DNA of 64,000 bases from Phoronis australis (Eukaryota; Animalia; Phoronida): NCBI GenBank assembly GCA_002633005.1, contig NMRA01000447.1:80237-144236 (forward strand), in the 5' to 3' direction. The notes below the pieces were generated by a model. That model searched no databases and was not told the DNA's origin. It saw nothing but the letters and a program-made list of their open reading frames with translations. The translations under genes were made by a program, and so were the position numbers. Shown here one piece after another: positions 62,986 through 64,000 of the stretch; the first letter of the stretch is position 1; each line of letters begins with the position of its first letter.

Positions 62986-64000
62986 CTGAAAGACTGCCAT
63001 TAACTTATGTCTATAGTCTTATCATAAATATGCAAATAAGTAACCAGTGGTAAGCAGAAGAACCATGTGCGCCCTTATACTACAGTCGCCTCTCAAGTGA
63101 AAGCAAGCGTGATCACTAGTGACGTGCTTCTCCGGTATAATACACCGTCTTACGTCATCCATACAGTACATGTACACGTTGTTTCGCATTCGTCCTCCAT
63201 TAGCATTATGATGCTAGGAACAACTTGAAAAGGAATCCATTTTGATCAGATTTTTTACTATACTAAACAACTACCCGGTTTGTAAGGGAATATTAAAATA
63301 TCTTTCATTTCTGCCGATTCTGTATATTTCTGAGATAACTGTTTATTCCATTTTTGCCCAATAGTCAATATCAACCTGTTTTTGTTTGGCTTACCTACAT
63401 TCGATATGAAAATAGTTGCATTGTTCTGCTGGAGTGACGTTGTGAACAGTGGGGCCCCAACATCAGTTATCATCTGGGTTATGACTCGAGTTATGCCAAG
63501 GTCGGTGTCGCTGTGCTTTATAGTATGTTCGCAGTGTTTTTGTGAATAAACACGTGATTCTTTCGGTTAGTTTTTGGAACAAAGCTTGTATACTTACAAA
63601 ATATTTTGTGTTTTATTGGAGAAGTTGATTTGTTCATATATGTTACAATTACGAATGACGGTTAGTGCAAATATGTTATTAAATGTGCTTGACGTACATG
63701 TAGCCCTGTTTATTGTACTTGCAATTTAGCCAGTTGTAATATCATTTGTCTGGAACTTAGAAGTAGTAATTCTAGAGCACAAGTTCAAGATAGAAACTGG
63801 GTTTGAGAAAATATGAAGTAATTTTTTTGTATGATCAAAAACTTTCCAGCTTCCCAAAATATTACAGTTTCTACAATGTAAATCCATTTTCTTTTATTGT
63901 TCTCAACTATTAGCTATGGAATTGGTTATTTTTGAATTAATGAGTACAATACTATTATCTTGGGATCTTATTTCAATATTTTTAGATGGTTAAACGTGCC

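Overview
Eukaryotic (animal, AT-rich, most likely marine invertebrate) genomic DNA, not prokaryotic. Most of the window is one minus-strand gene for a RIMS-binding protein (RIMBP/RIM-BP family): I could chain 26 GT-AG coding exons with consistent phases from ATG 46964 to TAG 7720 (about 1858 aa: long N-terminal coiled coil, SH3, three FN3, two SH3, basic C-terminal tail), followed by a ~2.3 kb 3' UTR. The left end holds a decayed pogo/Tigger-like (DDE_1) transposon whose transposase seems to carry an OTU-like cysteine-protease domain between the DDE domain and a C-terminal PHD finger. The right end holds a candidate spliced minus-strand transcript whose best ORF is a 62-aa peptide with a KEN box. 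Introns contain many MITEs (TA-, TTAA- and 6-bp-TSD types, some nested), a Helentron-type element carrying CTCF-like motifs, tRNA-derived SINEs, minisatellites and a long fold-back. Two exon 'duplications' split by single Ns are probably assembly artefacts. All calls come from manual reading; no database search was run.
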